A stretch of DNA of 64,000 nt from positions 208,352-272,351 of the forward strand of contig CAZYCL010000002.1 of NCBI GenBank assembly GCA_964645795.1, written 5' to 3'. Positions 38,137 to 47,635 of this stretch are shown here, piece by piece (position 1 is the stretch's first letter; each line of letters begins with the position of its first letter). A model generated the notes under the pieces. It ran no database searches. It worked only from the letters and a program-made list of their open reading frames with translations, and was not told the origin of the DNA. Source of the DNA: an uncultured Planctomycetales bacterium. GTDB taxonomy: Bacteria; Omnitrophota; Gorgyraeia; Gygaellales; Profunditerraquicolaceae. The position numbers and the translations under genes were made by a program.

Positions 38137-38763
38137 ATGGGCTTTAATTTCATTCCGAAGGACCATAACTTCTTCGACCTTTTCGATAAACAGGCCAATT
38201 ATGCCGTTGAGGCCGCTGTTTTTTTTAAAGAGCTGATCTCAAAAGACAGTATTGATGAGGCGTCGCTAAAGAAGATGCATGATATCGAGCATCAGGCGGA
38301 TGACGTGGCGCATGACATCATCGAACGCCTGAATAAGACGTTCATCACCCCTTTTGACCGAGAAGATATCCACTCCCTGGTTAAAGAGCTCGACGACATC
38401 GTAGACATGCTTTTTACCATCGTCAACCGGATGAAAGTCTATAAGATAAACCGCACCGACAAGAACCTGATCCAGTTTGCCGGCGTGATCGAGGAGTCGG
38501 TAAAGGGCGTGGCCTGCGCAGTCAAGTGTCTGAGGAGCTCAAAACTATGCAAAGAACTCTTTACTTCCTGCGTGGAGATAAACCGCCTGGAGAATGTCGG
38601 TGACGTCATGCGCGATACGGTGCTGGCAGAGCTTTTTGAAACCGAGAAGGACCCGATCACGGTCATAAAATTAAAAGAGATCTACCAGGATGCCGAGACC
38701 GTCCTGGATATCTGCGAAGACGTAGCGCACGTAGTGGAATCGATCTTGGTTAAACAAGCCTAG
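38137..38763 (+). CDS. DUF47/PhoU-like (TIGR00153) phosphate transport regulator-like protein.
   Basis: 208 aa helical protein, MGFNFIPKDHNFFDLFDKQANYA..., always paired with PiT transporters. Confidence 0.7.
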   Translation: MGFNFIPKDHNFFDLFDKQANYAVEAAVFFKELISKDSIDEASLKKMHDIEHQADDVAHDIIERLNKTFITPFDREDIHSLVKELDDIVDMLFTIVNRMKVYKINRTDKNLIQFAGVIEESVKGVACAVKCLRSSKLCKELFTSCVEINRLENVGDVMRDTVLAELFETEKDPITVIKLKEIYQDAETVLDICEDVAHVVESILVKQA

Positions 38764-38766
38764 GAT

Positions 38767-39753
38767 ATGACCCTCGAGATACTCCTCCTGATCCTGCTTG
38801 CCCTTACCTTTGATTTTTTAAACGGTTTTCACGATTCGGCAAACTCTATAGCCACGGTAGTATCGACCCGGGTGCTTTCTCCGCGTTGGGCAGTATGTTG
38901 GGCCGCGTTCTTTAATTTCGTCGCCTTCCTTTTCTTCGGGCTGCATGTCGCCAACACCATCGGCAAAGGTATCATCGACGTCAATATCGTAGACAAACAG
39001 ATAATCTTCGGCACTTTAATGGGCGCCTGCATTTGGAACATGATCACCTGGTACTTTGGGCTGCCTACCAGCTCCTCTCATGCGCTTATCGGAGGCATGA
39101 TCGGCTCAGGCATAGTGAAATCCGGGCCATCGGCTTTAGTCTGGGAAGGAATAGTCAAAACGGTTTCTTTTATCTTTATATCCCCTGTCTTCGGCCTGAT
39201 ACTGGGGCTGGGGCTGGGCATGGTAGTTTACCGGTCCTTCAAAAGAAGATCCCCTTCCCAGGTAGACCATCTTTTCAGAAAAGGCCAGCTGATTTCAGCG
39301 GCCATGTACAGTATGGGCCACGGCGGCAATGACGCCCAGAAAACCATGGGCATTATCGCCAGCCTGCTTTTTAGCGCCGGGCTCCTGGGAGAAAAATTCC
39401 ATATTCCATTCTGGGTAGTCATCTCCTGTCACGCCGCTATTGCCTTCGGAACGATGTTCGGCGGTTGGCGCATAGTCAAGACCATGGGCCAGAAAGTAGC
39501 AAAACTCAAACCCGTGGACGGATTTTGTGCTGAGACCGGAGCGGCGATCACCCTGTTCTTCTCTTCTGCCTTTGGCATTCCCGTCAGCACCACGCACACC
39601 ATAACCGGAGCGATCATGGGCGTAGGGTCGCTAAGAAGGCTTAGTGCTGTAAAGTGGGGGGTTGCCGGGAGGATTATCTGGGCCTGGATATTGACCATTC
39701 CCTGCTCGGCGCTTATCGCGGCAGTTTCCTATATTTTGGTAAGACGTTTTTAG
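38767..39753 (+). CDS. pit: Inorganic phosphate transporter, PiT family.
   Basis: FDFLNGFHDSANSIATVVST and its repeat GNDAQKTMGII. About 10 TM helices. Confidence 0.85.
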   Translation: MTLEILLLILLALTFDFLNGFHDSANSIATVVSTRVLSPRWAVCWAAFFNFVAFLFFGLHVANTIGKGIIDVNIVDKQIIFGTLMGACIWNMITWYFGLPTSSSHALIGGMIGSGIVKSGPSALVWEGIVKTVSFIFISPVFGLILGLGLGMVVYRSFKRRSPSQVDHLFRKGQLISAAMYSMGHGGNDAQKTMGIIASLLFSAGLLGEKFHIPFWVVISCHAAIAFGTMFGGWRIVKTMGQKVAKLKPVDGFCAETGAAITLFFSSAFGIPVSTTHTITGAIMGVGSLRRLSAVKWGVAGRIIWAWILTIPCSALIAAVSYILVRRF

Positions 39754-40417
39754 GCGGCTGGCAGGCGTTTACGCATACTCCGCAGATATACTGCTCGACA
39801 TACCTCTGCTTCTGAAACTCCTTCAGCTTCTCAAAACACTTCAAGTGGTCAAATTCACTAGCGCTTTCCTTTATTGCCTGCGCAGGACATACGGATATGC
39901 AAAGATGACAGCTGCCGCAAGAGTCTTTTACGGGCTTATCGGCCTTTAAGGGCATATTGGTCAGGATCGTTGCCAGGCGCAGCTTACTTCCGAGTCTTTT
40001 ATTAACCAGAAGATTATTCCTGCCTATCCAGCCCAATCCCGCCAGCACCGCCAGTTTCTTATGAGAAAGATGCGCGGTCTGCTTTTCCCAATCCACTATC
40101 TGGGAGGCGGGTATTGCCAGAGCGGAAAATCCCTTATCCTGAATGATGTTTACCAGGCGCAGGCAGAGCTGGTCTAAAAAGACGTTTACCGTGCGATAAT
40201 GGTGGAAGTAAAGCTTGGTGGGATGGTCCTCGATCTCCGAAAGTGCGGCCGCTGATAGCCGCACTGCAATAACAACTGCGTAATCAAGCGGCTCAATCGC
40301 CTTCCGGGAAAGAGCAAAATCTTTTTTGATATTTGATATGTCGGCTACGCCGAATAAATCGGCGCCGAGACCCTTGGCCGCTTTCTCGAGGGTTTTGCGG
40401 TTTTTGTTCTTATCCAT
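39713..40417 (-). CDS. 4Fe-4S double-cluster ferredoxin-domain protein, epoxyqueuosine-reductase (QueG/COG1600)-related short form.
   Basis: Two Cys motifs, CGSCHLCISVCP and CGVCVNACQ, in a 234-aa protein. Confidence 0.45.
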   Translation of the reverse strand: MDKNKNRKTLEKAAKGLGADLFGVADISNIKKDFALSRKAIEPLDYAVVIAVRLSAAALSEIEDHPTKLYFHHYRTVNVFLDQLCLRLVNIIQDKGFSALAIPASQIVDWEKQTAHLSHKKLAVLAGLGWIGRNNLLVNKRLGSKLRLATILTNMPLKADKPVKDSCGSCHLCISVCPAQAIKESASEFDHLKCFEKLKEFQKQRYVEQYICGVCVNACQPPKNVLPKYRKLPR

Positions 40418-42269
40418 TTAGTTTTTTTAGATAAACCATGAGTATCGATATGGCTGCGGGAGTCACCCCTGAAATGCGCGAGGCCTGGCCAAGGCTTATC
40501 GGCCTGAACTTACCAAGCTTCTCCCTTATCTCCCGCGACAGGCCCGGGATGTCTTTATATTCCATGTCTTCGGGCAGACGTATCTTCTCCAGGTGCCTGA
40601 AGCGCTCAACTTCCGCGCGCTGCCGCTGAATAAACCCGGAATATTTTACCTCGATTTGGGCCTCGAATAAAGCCGAATCCGAAAAAGCGATCTTCTCCGC
40701 GGATATATTCTTAATGTCGGCTATTGCGACATTCGGCCTTTTCAAAAGTCCTTCCAGCGTCACTGCTTTACTTAACCGCTCAAGGCCGGCGCCGCTTAAT
40801 TTCGCATTCACTTCTTCAGATGGCTTTAGGCGCCTCTCCTTAAAAAGCTTGATCGCCCCCTCTATCTCTTTAGCCTTGGCTTCTGTTTTATGATAATCCC
40901 GGCTCTTGACTAAGCCGATTTCGTGGCCGATCTTGTTAAGGCGAAGGTCGGCGTTGTCTTCGCGCAGTATAAGCCTGTACTCAACTCGAGAAGTAAACAT
41001 CCGGTAAGGCTCATTCGTGCCTTTTGTGGTCAGGTCGTCTATAAGCACTCCGATATAACTGCTGGAGCGATCGAGGATCAGGGGATCGCGCCCCTGCACG
41101 CTTAAAGATGCGTTTATGCCGGCGGCTAACCCTTGGGCTGCCGCCTCCTCATAACCCGTAGTGCCGTTGATCTGGCCGGCAAGGAAGAGATTTTTCAAGG
41201 ATTTTGTCTGCAGGCTCGGATACAACTGTGTAGGCTCCACCACCGCATGCTCTATGCCGTAGCCAAACACCAGGATCTTTGCCTCCTCCAGCCCTTCGAT
41301 TGAACGGATGAATTTGACCTGCACGTCTTCGGGGAGGCTCGTGGCAAGGCCGTTGGGATAAACATTGGCTACATCCAGGCCCTCAGGTTCAAGGAATATC
41401 TGATGGCGGTTCCTTTCCCTGAATTTAACAACCTTATCTTCTATGGAAGGGCAGTAGCGAACTCCCGTCGACTGGATTATCCCTGAATATAAAGGCGAAC
41501 GGTCAAGGTTGGCAAGGATTATCCTATGGGTATCCTCATTAGTATAAGTAATGTGGCAGGGAAGCTGCCTGTTTTTTAATGAGTTTGTTGAGAACGAAAA
41601 AGGCCGGGGATTAGCGTCGCCTTCCTGGATTATCAACTTTGAATAGTCTATCGAATGCTTATCAAGCCTGGCGCAGGTGCCGGTCTTAAAGCTTAAGAGC
41701 TTCAGGCCAAGCCCGCGAAGCTCTTGCGCCAGGGCCCTTGAAGCCGGCTCGTTGATCCTGCCGCCGTTTACATGATTTAAGCCGACATGAATAATACCTT
41801 CAAGGAAAGTCCCGGGCGCCAATACTATCGCCTCTGCCAAAATCTTATCTGCGTCAATTGTTTGAACTCCTACTACCTTTCTGTCCTCAACCAATAACCC
41901 CTTTACCTCCGACTCCTTCAAATCCAGGCGATCCTGCCCTTTGATTACTCCCTGCATGTATTTTTTATAAAGCTTGCGGTCGATCTGAGCGCGTGAAGAC
42001 TGGACTGCCGGGCCTTTTGAGGCGTTGAGTATCCTGAACTGGATGCCGCAGGCATCGGCGGCACGAGCCATTTCGCCTCCCAGGGCATCGATCTCTTTAA
42101 CAAGCTGACCCTTGCCCACTCCGCCGATAGCCGGATTGCAGCTCATGTGCCCGATAGTATCCCGACTCAGGGTAATAAGCAGGGTTTGACAGCCCATGCG
42201 GCTCGAAGCCAGAGCCGCCTCTGTTCCCGCATGCCCCGCCCCCACAACTATAACATCGTATCTGCTCAT
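40410..42269 (-). CDS. mnmG: tRNA uridine-5-carboxymethylaminomethyl modification enzyme MnmG (GidA).
   Basis: N-terminal FAD motif YDVIVVGAGHAGTEAA and a length and architecture typical of MnmG. Preferred ATG at 42269. Confidence 0.9.
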   Translation of the reverse strand: MSRYDVIVVGAGHAGTEAALASSRMGCQTLLITLSRDTIGHMSCNPAIGGVGKGQLVKEIDALGGEMARAADACGIQFRILNASKGPAVQSSRAQIDRKLYKKYMQGVIKGQDRLDLKESEVKGLLVEDRKVVGVQTIDADKILAEAIVLAPGTFLEGIIHVGLNHVNGGRINEPASRALAQELRGLGLKLLSFKTGTCARLDKHSIDYSKLIIQEGDANPRPFSFSTNSLKNRQLPCHITYTNEDTHRIILANLDRSPLYSGIIQSTGVRYCPSIEDKVVKFRERNRHQIFLEPEGLDVANVYPNGLATSLPEDVQVKFIRSIEGLEEAKILVFGYGIEHAVVEPTQLYPSLQTKSLKNLFLAGQINGTTGYEEAAAQGLAAGINASLSVQGRDPLILDRSSSYIGVLIDDLTTKGTNEPYRMFTSRVEYRLILREDNADLRLNKIGHEIGLVKSRDYHKTEAKAKEIEGAIKLFKERRLKPSEEVNAKLSGAGLERLSKAVTLEGLLKRPNVAIADIKNISAEKIAFSDSALFEAQIEVKYSGFIQRQRAEVERFRHLEKIRLPEDMEYKDIPGLSREIREKLGKFRPISLGQASRISGVTPAAISILMVYLKKLNG

Positions 42270-42279
42270 AATCAATTTT

Positions 42280-42316
42280 GGGGACGGTTCTGGGACCTGT
42301 CCCCAGAACCGTCCCC
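42280..42316. repeat. 37-bp REP-like palindrome, copy C, flanking RAYT on the left.
   Basis: GGGGACGGTTCTGGGACCTGTCCCCAGAACCGTCCCC, the opposite centre orientation to copy A. It lies 10 nt upstream of the mnmG ATG. Confidence 0.85.
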
Positions 42317-42377
42317 AAATAAAATTTTTAGTTAGATTTTGCCACTTTCTCCATCTATTAGTATAAGGAGGTGCTTA

Positions 42378-42854
42378 ATGCCTAGAGAACGAAGAATATT
42401 CGTAAATAACGCTTGTTATCATATTATCACAAGAGGCAATCAGAAACAAAATGTCTTTCTGGATAAAATGGACTATCAAAAATACTTGGAAAAATTAGTA
42501 AAATGTAAAGTGAGGTTTGGTTTCAAGCTCTATTCTTTCTGTCTCATGCCTAACCATGTTCATCTACTAATAAAACCGCTTGATCCTCTTGATCTATCCA
42601 AAATAATGGGCCTTCTGAATCTGGGCTACACGAGGTATTTTAATTGTAAATACGACAAGGTGGGGCATTTATGGCAAGACAGGTACAAAAGCAAGATTAT
42701 CGAAGACTATTCTTATTTATATGAATGTATACAGTATATCGAAACAAATCCCTTGAGGGCGTCGTTAATTAACGATTTGAACACCTACCAGTGGAGTAGC
42801 GCTGTTTCAAGAGGTAAGAGAATCTCTGGGCTAATTGATAGGCTAGACTTATGA
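42378..42854 (+). CDS. REP-associated tyrosine transposase (RAYT; IS200/IS605-like Y1 HUH transposase, TnpA_REP).
   Basis: HUH motif LMPNHVHLLI, the start IFVNNACYHIITRGNQKQNVF, and a C-terminal Tyr region (YIETNPLRASL). Strong SD AAGGAGGTG before the ATG at 42378. Markedly AT-rich relative to its neighbours and flanked by identical REPs. Confidence 0.8.
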   Translation: MPRERRIFVNNACYHIITRGNQKQNVFLDKMDYQKYLEKLVKCKVRFGFKLYSFCLMPNHVHLLIKPLDPLDLSKIMGLLNLGYTRYFNCKYDKVGHLWQDRYKSKIIEDYSYLYECIQYIETNPLRASLINDLNTYQWSSAVSRGKRISGLIDRLDL

Positions 42855-42856
42855 TT

Positions 42857-42893
42857 GGGGACGGTTCTGGGACCTGTCCCCAGAACCGTCCCC
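42857..42893. repeat. 37-bp REP-like palindrome, copy D, flanking RAYT on the right.
   Basis: Identical to copy C. It begins 3 nt after the RAYT stop codon. Confidence 0.85.
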
Positions 42894-42901
42894 AAGAATG
42901 G

Positions 42902-45217
42902 CTAACACTTGGAGAAGCCGCAGGCGTGGCACTTAACACAGCCTTCCTCGTGCCTGAGCGCCCCACCGCAATCCGGACAAACACCTACGATGTCGGCGTG
43001 CTTGGTAATTATATCCATGGCTGAAGTCACTGCCTCATCCTCGTGCGAATGCTTCATCGCCGCGCTCACCGACTCCAGCGCCGCGGCCTTCATCGCCTGA
43101 GGGTTAACGAGCCTGCGCTCGACTACCCGCGCTATGGCATCGGCGCAGGAAAAGATCCGCTGGCCCTTTTCCCATGACGGAGAAGGACAGCGGATATTGC
43201 GCAGCTGCTCAATGATCGCCTTTACCTCCACCCCCGAGCGAAAACCTAAAGAGACCAGGCGACCGATGGCCTCAAGCTGGCTGCCGGCGCAGCCTCCGGC
43301 TTTACCCATCTGCGTAAACAGCTCAAAAGGCTTGCCTTCCTCATCCACGTTAATAGTGATATAAAGGTTACCGCAACCGGTGCTTACCTTGGTGGTCGTG
43401 CCGATGATCACCTCGGGTCTTGGCCGGGGCGCGATCTCCCTAGCCGGCGATGCGTTAACCACGCTTGACTCCTGGGGCTTGGCGGATTTACCGGTATTCA
43501 GGACCTGTTCTTCGCGGCTCTTGTCGCGGTAAATAGTGATGCCTTTACAATTCAACTCATAAGCAAGCAGGTAAGATTTACGCACGTCTTCAATTCCGGC
43601 TTCGTGCGGGAAGTTGATGGTCTTGGAGGTGGCGTTATGCACGTACTTCTGGAAGGCCGCCTGCATACGCACGTGCCACTCGGGGCTTATGTCATGAGAG
43701 GTGACGAAGATGCGCTTGACGTCTTCCGGTATGCCTTCGATATCCTGGATAGACGCGTTCTCGGCGATCCTCTCCATAAGCTGACGGCTGTAGAAGTTAC
43801 GCTCGCGGGCGACTTCTTCAAATAAGGGCTCTACCTCCACCAGTTTATCGTTATCCATCACATTCCTGTAATAGGAGATGGCAAAAAGCGGCTCGATTCC
43901 GGACGAGCAGGGTCCGGCGATGATGCTGATGGTACCTGTGGGAGCGATGGTAGTAAGGGTGGCGTTACGCAGGCGCATGGAGCCGTCTTTCTTATCGTAT
44001 AGGCTGCCCTTGAATGCCGGAAATACCCCCTTGACCTTCCCCAGCTCCAGCGACTTCTTGGTAGACTCATCCAGTATAAAAGACATCACCTTCTCCGCCA
44101 GGGCCACGGCCTCATCGCTGTTATAAGGCACTCCAAGGCTTATTAAAAGCGAGGCCCATCCCATGACACCCAAGCCGATCTTGCGCGTCTCTTTCGTCGC
44201 CTTCTCTATCTGAGGTAAAGGGAATTTATTTACGTCGATAAGGTTGTCCAGGAAATGCACTGCCAACTGCGTCGTATGCTTGAGCCTCTCCCAGTCGATC
44301 TCGCGGCGGCTGCCGCAGCTCTTCCACATCACCGCCAGGTTTATCGAGCCCAGGTCGCAGCTCTCATAAGGCAGGAGAGGCTGCTCTCCGCAGGGGTTGG
44401 TGCTTTCGATTTTCCCGAGCCTGGGCGTGGGATTATGCTGGTTGATGCGGTCGATAAAGATTATCCCCGGCTCTCCGTTCTTATGCGCCTGCTTTACGAT
44501 AAGGTCGAAGACGTCCTTGGGGTTTAACTTCATCAGCGGCTTATGTGTACGCGGATCAATTAGGTCGTAATCTTCGCCGCTTTTTAGCTTTTCCATGAAC
44601 TCGTCGGTAACGGCGATGGAGATATTGAAGTTGGTGATCTGCTTATTGCTGTCCTTGCATCTGATAAACTCCATGATATCCGGATGATCCACGCGCAGTA
44701 TCCCCATGTTAGCGCCGCGGCGCGTGCCTCCCTGTTTTACCGCTTCGGTCGCCGCGTCATATACCTTCATAAAAGATATGGGGCCGGAGGCGATGCCGCC
44801 GGTAGTCCTAACTACCGCGTTCTTCGGCCGCAGCCGCGAGAATGAAAAACCGGTGCCTCCGCCGGATTTATGTATTAGGCTGGTGACCTTCAGCGTTTCG
44901 AAGATCGACTCCATGGAGTCGTCGATAGGAAGCGTAAAACAGGCGGAGAGCTGGCCCAGCTCTTTACCCGCATTCATCAGGCAGGGGGAGTTGGGGAGGA
45001 ACTCAAGGCTGGTCATCGACTGATAAAAGGCATCGGATAGCTCCTGTATCTTTTCCGGGGTACTGCCGTATGACTCATCGGCCCGTGCGATAGCGCAAGC
45101 CACTCTCCTGAACATCTCTTCGGGAGTTTCAACGATCTTGCCTTGTTCATCCTTGGAAAGGTACCTGCGCTCAAGGACTTTCAGGGCATTTTCGGAAAGC
45201 TGTAATCCCATGATCAT
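42902..45217 (-). CDS. nrdJ: Adenosylcobalamin-dependent (class II) ribonucleotide reductase.
   Basis: Class II RNR core (LNSPCLMNAG, SACFTLPIDD, GGTGFSFSRLRPK, NPCGEQPL) and a C-terminal zinc ribbon (CPDCGGAL...CVKCHACG). Confidence 0.85.
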   Translation of the reverse strand: MIMGLQLSENALKVLERRYLSKDEQGKIVETPEEMFRRVACAIARADESYGSTPEKIQELSDAFYQSMTSLEFLPNSPCLMNAGKELGQLSACFTLPIDDSMESIFETLKVTSLIHKSGGGTGFSFSRLRPKNAVVRTTGGIASGPISFMKVYDAATEAVKQGGTRRGANMGILRVDHPDIMEFIRCKDSNKQITNFNISIAVTDEFMEKLKSGEDYDLIDPRTHKPLMKLNPKDVFDLIVKQAHKNGEPGIIFIDRINQHNPTPRLGKIESTNPCGEQPLLPYESCDLGSINLAVMWKSCGSRREIDWERLKHTTQLAVHFLDNLIDVNKFPLPQIEKATKETRKIGLGVMGWASLLISLGVPYNSDEAVALAEKVMSFILDESTKKSLELGKVKGVFPAFKGSLYDKKDGSMRLRNATLTTIAPTGTISIIAGPCSSGIEPLFAISYYRNVMDNDKLVEVEPLFEEVARERNFYSRQLMERIAENASIQDIEGIPEDVKRIFVTSHDISPEWHVRMQAAFQKYVHNATSKTINFPHEAGIEDVRKSYLLAYELNCKGITIYRDKSREEQVLNTGKSAKPQESSVVNASPAREIAPRPRPEVIIGTTTKVSTGCGNLYITINVDEEGKPFELFTQMGKAGGCAGSQLEAIGRLVSLGFRSGVEVKAIIEQLRNIRCPSPSWEKGQRIFSCADAIARVVERRLVNPQAMKAAALESVSAAMKHSHEDEAVTSAMDIITKHADIVGVCPDCGGALRHEEGCVKCHACGFSKC

Positions 45218-45391
45218 TCCCTCCGTGATTAAAAAGTTTTAGAAATGAAGACTCTTTTCCAACCCCAATAAATTACCTCAATAGCATAACTCTCTGGCCA
45301 GGCCCTGTCAAGAAAAAAATACAAGATGTAGTATATTTGAGGTTGTTATACACAATCAATTGTAGGAAGAGAGATGTTTCTCGACGCTGTT

Positions 45392-46417
45392 TTAGCCGTT
45401 GGTAAGCCTGGCGCAAGACTCTCTTATCACCAGCTCCGTGGGCAATACGACTTTTCTCGAACCCTCTGCTTCCTCGGTCATGATGCGGTTGAGCTCTTTT
45501 ACGCTGTCTTCGGCCATCTTTATCAGCGGCTGCCTTACGGTAGTCAGCGCCACCGGCGCATCAAGCCCCGAAGGATTATCATCAAAGCCCACAATAGAAA
45601 GATCTTTGGGTATATCCTTTCCTAACTCTCTGGCCACGGTCATCGTTTCCAGAGCCATCGCGTCGCTGGCGACGAACACCGCCGTCGCAGGGTCACTCAT
45701 CTTAAATATCGCCTCCGCCGCGGACCTTGCCTGTCCGCGGGAATAATCAGTTTTTAAGATGTAGGAGGGATTAATCTCGATGCCGTTTTTGGCAAGCGCG
45801 TCTTTATAACCTTCCAGGCGCCAGGCCGCGGCCTGTGTTACGATATCCCCGGTAATGTGGGCGATCTTTTTGTGGCCGAGGCTTATCAGGTAATTGACCG
45901 CCGCCTCCGCCCCTCCCCTGTTGTCGACCGCCAGGCAGCTGATATCCATATCATCAACATAATGGTTGATCACCACGCAAGGCGTTGCGCTCTCATAGAC
46001 ATCCAGCAGTTGTTGACGATTTCCGATGATGTCGGCAAAGATCACCCCGCCTGCTCCCCTTAGATTTAACGGCCCGCGCGAATCGGTCAAACACAGCAGG
46101 AGATCGAGCTTCAGCACCATACAGAGCGTGCCGATACCGCGGATAAGCTCAAGGGCGTAGAAAGAATAGAAGACGCCTTCATAGCGCGGTATGACCAGTG
46201 CCACTACATTGCTTTTTCCGGTAGCCAGGCGCTGGGCAAATACGGAAGGCTGGAATTTAAGCTCTTTAACGGCATTCAGCACCTTGATGCGGTTTTTATC
46301 TTTTACCGTGCCGAGCTTATTGATGACGCGCGAGACTGTGGCGATGGAAACCCCTGCCAGGCGGGCTACATCTTCGATAGAGACTATCTTGGAAGGCTCT
46401 TTTTTTGATCCCTTCAT
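45392..46417 (-). CDS. LacI family transcriptional regulator.
   Basis: N-terminal HTH IEDVARLAGVSIATVSRVIN and a periplasmic-binding-protein-like sugar-binding domain. Confidence 0.85.
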   Translation of the reverse strand: MKGSKKEPSKIVSIEDVARLAGVSIATVSRVINKLGTVKDKNRIKVLNAVKELKFQPSVFAQRLATGKSNVVALVIPRYEGVFYSFYALELIRGIGTLCMVLKLDLLLCLTDSRGPLNLRGAGGVIFADIIGNRQQLLDVYESATPCVVINHYVDDMDISCLAVDNRGGAEAAVNYLISLGHKKIAHITGDIVTQAAAWRLEGYKDALAKNGIEINPSYILKTDYSRGQARSAAEAIFKMSDPATAVFVASDAMALETMTVARELGKDIPKDLSIVGFDDNPSGLDAPVALTTVRQPLIKMAEDSVKELNRIMTEEAEGSRKVVLPTELVIRESCARLTNG

Positions 46418-46445
46418 GAATTTGCGGGAATGAAAACGAAAAAAC

Positions 46446-47630
46446 TTATCTTACTTTATCGCCGATCTTTATGGGGACGTTTTCGCTCTTGATATCGCAG
46501 GCGGATATTTCCCGGCGCACCTGTATGACCTCGATCCTGCCGATATCCTTGTCGTCGCGCGTGATCTTAAAGACATCTCCGGTATTAATGCCGGCGTCCC
46601 TGCCTAAATTTATGACCACAAAATTATTATCGCGGTTGACCGCCAGGATCTTGCCGAGCGCTTCGGAAGAGGAAGGCTCTTCCTGTCCCTGAAGAGCCTT
46701 CTGCGCCTTCTCCGGCTGCGGACGCACAACGATCGGCGCCAGCTCTACCGGCCCATCCTTCTTCTCTTTTCCAGCAGCTTCCCCTGCCCCTGCCGCGCTG
46801 GCATCGTCGAGTTTATTCTTAAGCGCATCTATCTGAGTGAGCCTGTCGGTCAGCATTGCTTCCATCTCGGTAAATCTTTTCTGGAACGCCGCATTCTCCT
46901 GCTGCAGGCTTTCCACCCTCTTCTCAAGCTCCGACTTCCTGGAATCAAGGGTTTTCACCTGGCGCATCAGAACGGTGTTCTCGCCCTTGATGGACTTGAG
47001 GTTGTTGGACATCTTCATCTTGTCGTTTCTTTCCCGCACTATCTCCTGGGTTATGCCGTCGGTGACCTTCTGGTTGTATTCAAGCTGGCGTCTGAGCTCT
47101 TCCCTGTCGTTGTTCAAATTGGTCAGCTCCAGCTCCAGGGAGCTTTTTTCGCGCGCCAGCCTTTCGTTCGTCGTCTGGGCGTTGCGCAGCTCATTGCGCA
47201 AATTCTCCAGCTGCAACTCCAGGCTGGTCTTTGACTTCAGGATGCCGGCCCAGTAGGCATCAGCAGCCTGAGGCGCAGCCTGCTGGATTATCTGGGGTTC
47301 GGGTTGCGGTTCGGGCCTGCGCTTAAGCCTGTCTACCAGCTCTTCTCTTTCCCTCTGCAATGATTCTATCTGGCCTTCGATATCCCTTTTTTCCTGAACG
47401 GCCCTCTCCAGGTCCGCGGTAAGCGAGCTGATCCTGTTCCTTGAACTGTTGATCTCGCCTTCCATCCTCTTGAGCTTATTGGAAACGGTGGCTAACTCGT
47501 TCTTTAGGCTCTGGTTCTCCTGGACGAGGGATTCTTTGGTAGAGACGGCTTGAATGAAAAGAAAAAGGCAGATTAGCGCAAAACCGGCAAGGCCTATAAC
47601 GATGAATTTTGATTTCTGCTCCATCGGCAC
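46446..47630 (-). CDS. Membrane-anchored coiled-coil protein with a small C-terminal beta domain. Function unknown.
   Basis: One N-terminal TM helix, about 250 aa of heptad-rich E/K/R/L sequence, and a C-terminal NRDNNFVVINLGRDAGINTGDVFKI segment. Confidence 0.5.
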   Translation of the reverse strand: MPMEQKSKFIVIGLAGFALICLFLFIQAVSTKESLVQENQSLKNELATVSNKLKRMEGEINSSRNRISSLTADLERAVQEKRDIEGQIESLQREREELVDRLKRRPEPQPEPQIIQQAAPQAADAYWAGILKSKTSLELQLENLRNELRNAQTTNERLAREKSSLELELTNLNNDREELRRQLEYNQKVTDGITQEIVRERNDKMKMSNNLKSIKGENTVLMRQVKTLDSRKSELEKRVESLQQENAAFQKRFTEMEAMLTDRLTQIDALKNKLDDASAAGAGEAAGKEKKDGPVELAPIVVRPQPEKAQKALQGQEEPSSSEALGKILAVNRDNNFVVINLGRDAGINTGDVFKITRDDKDIGRIEVIQVRREISACDIKSENVPIKIGDKVR

Positions 47631-47635
47631 TCCTT

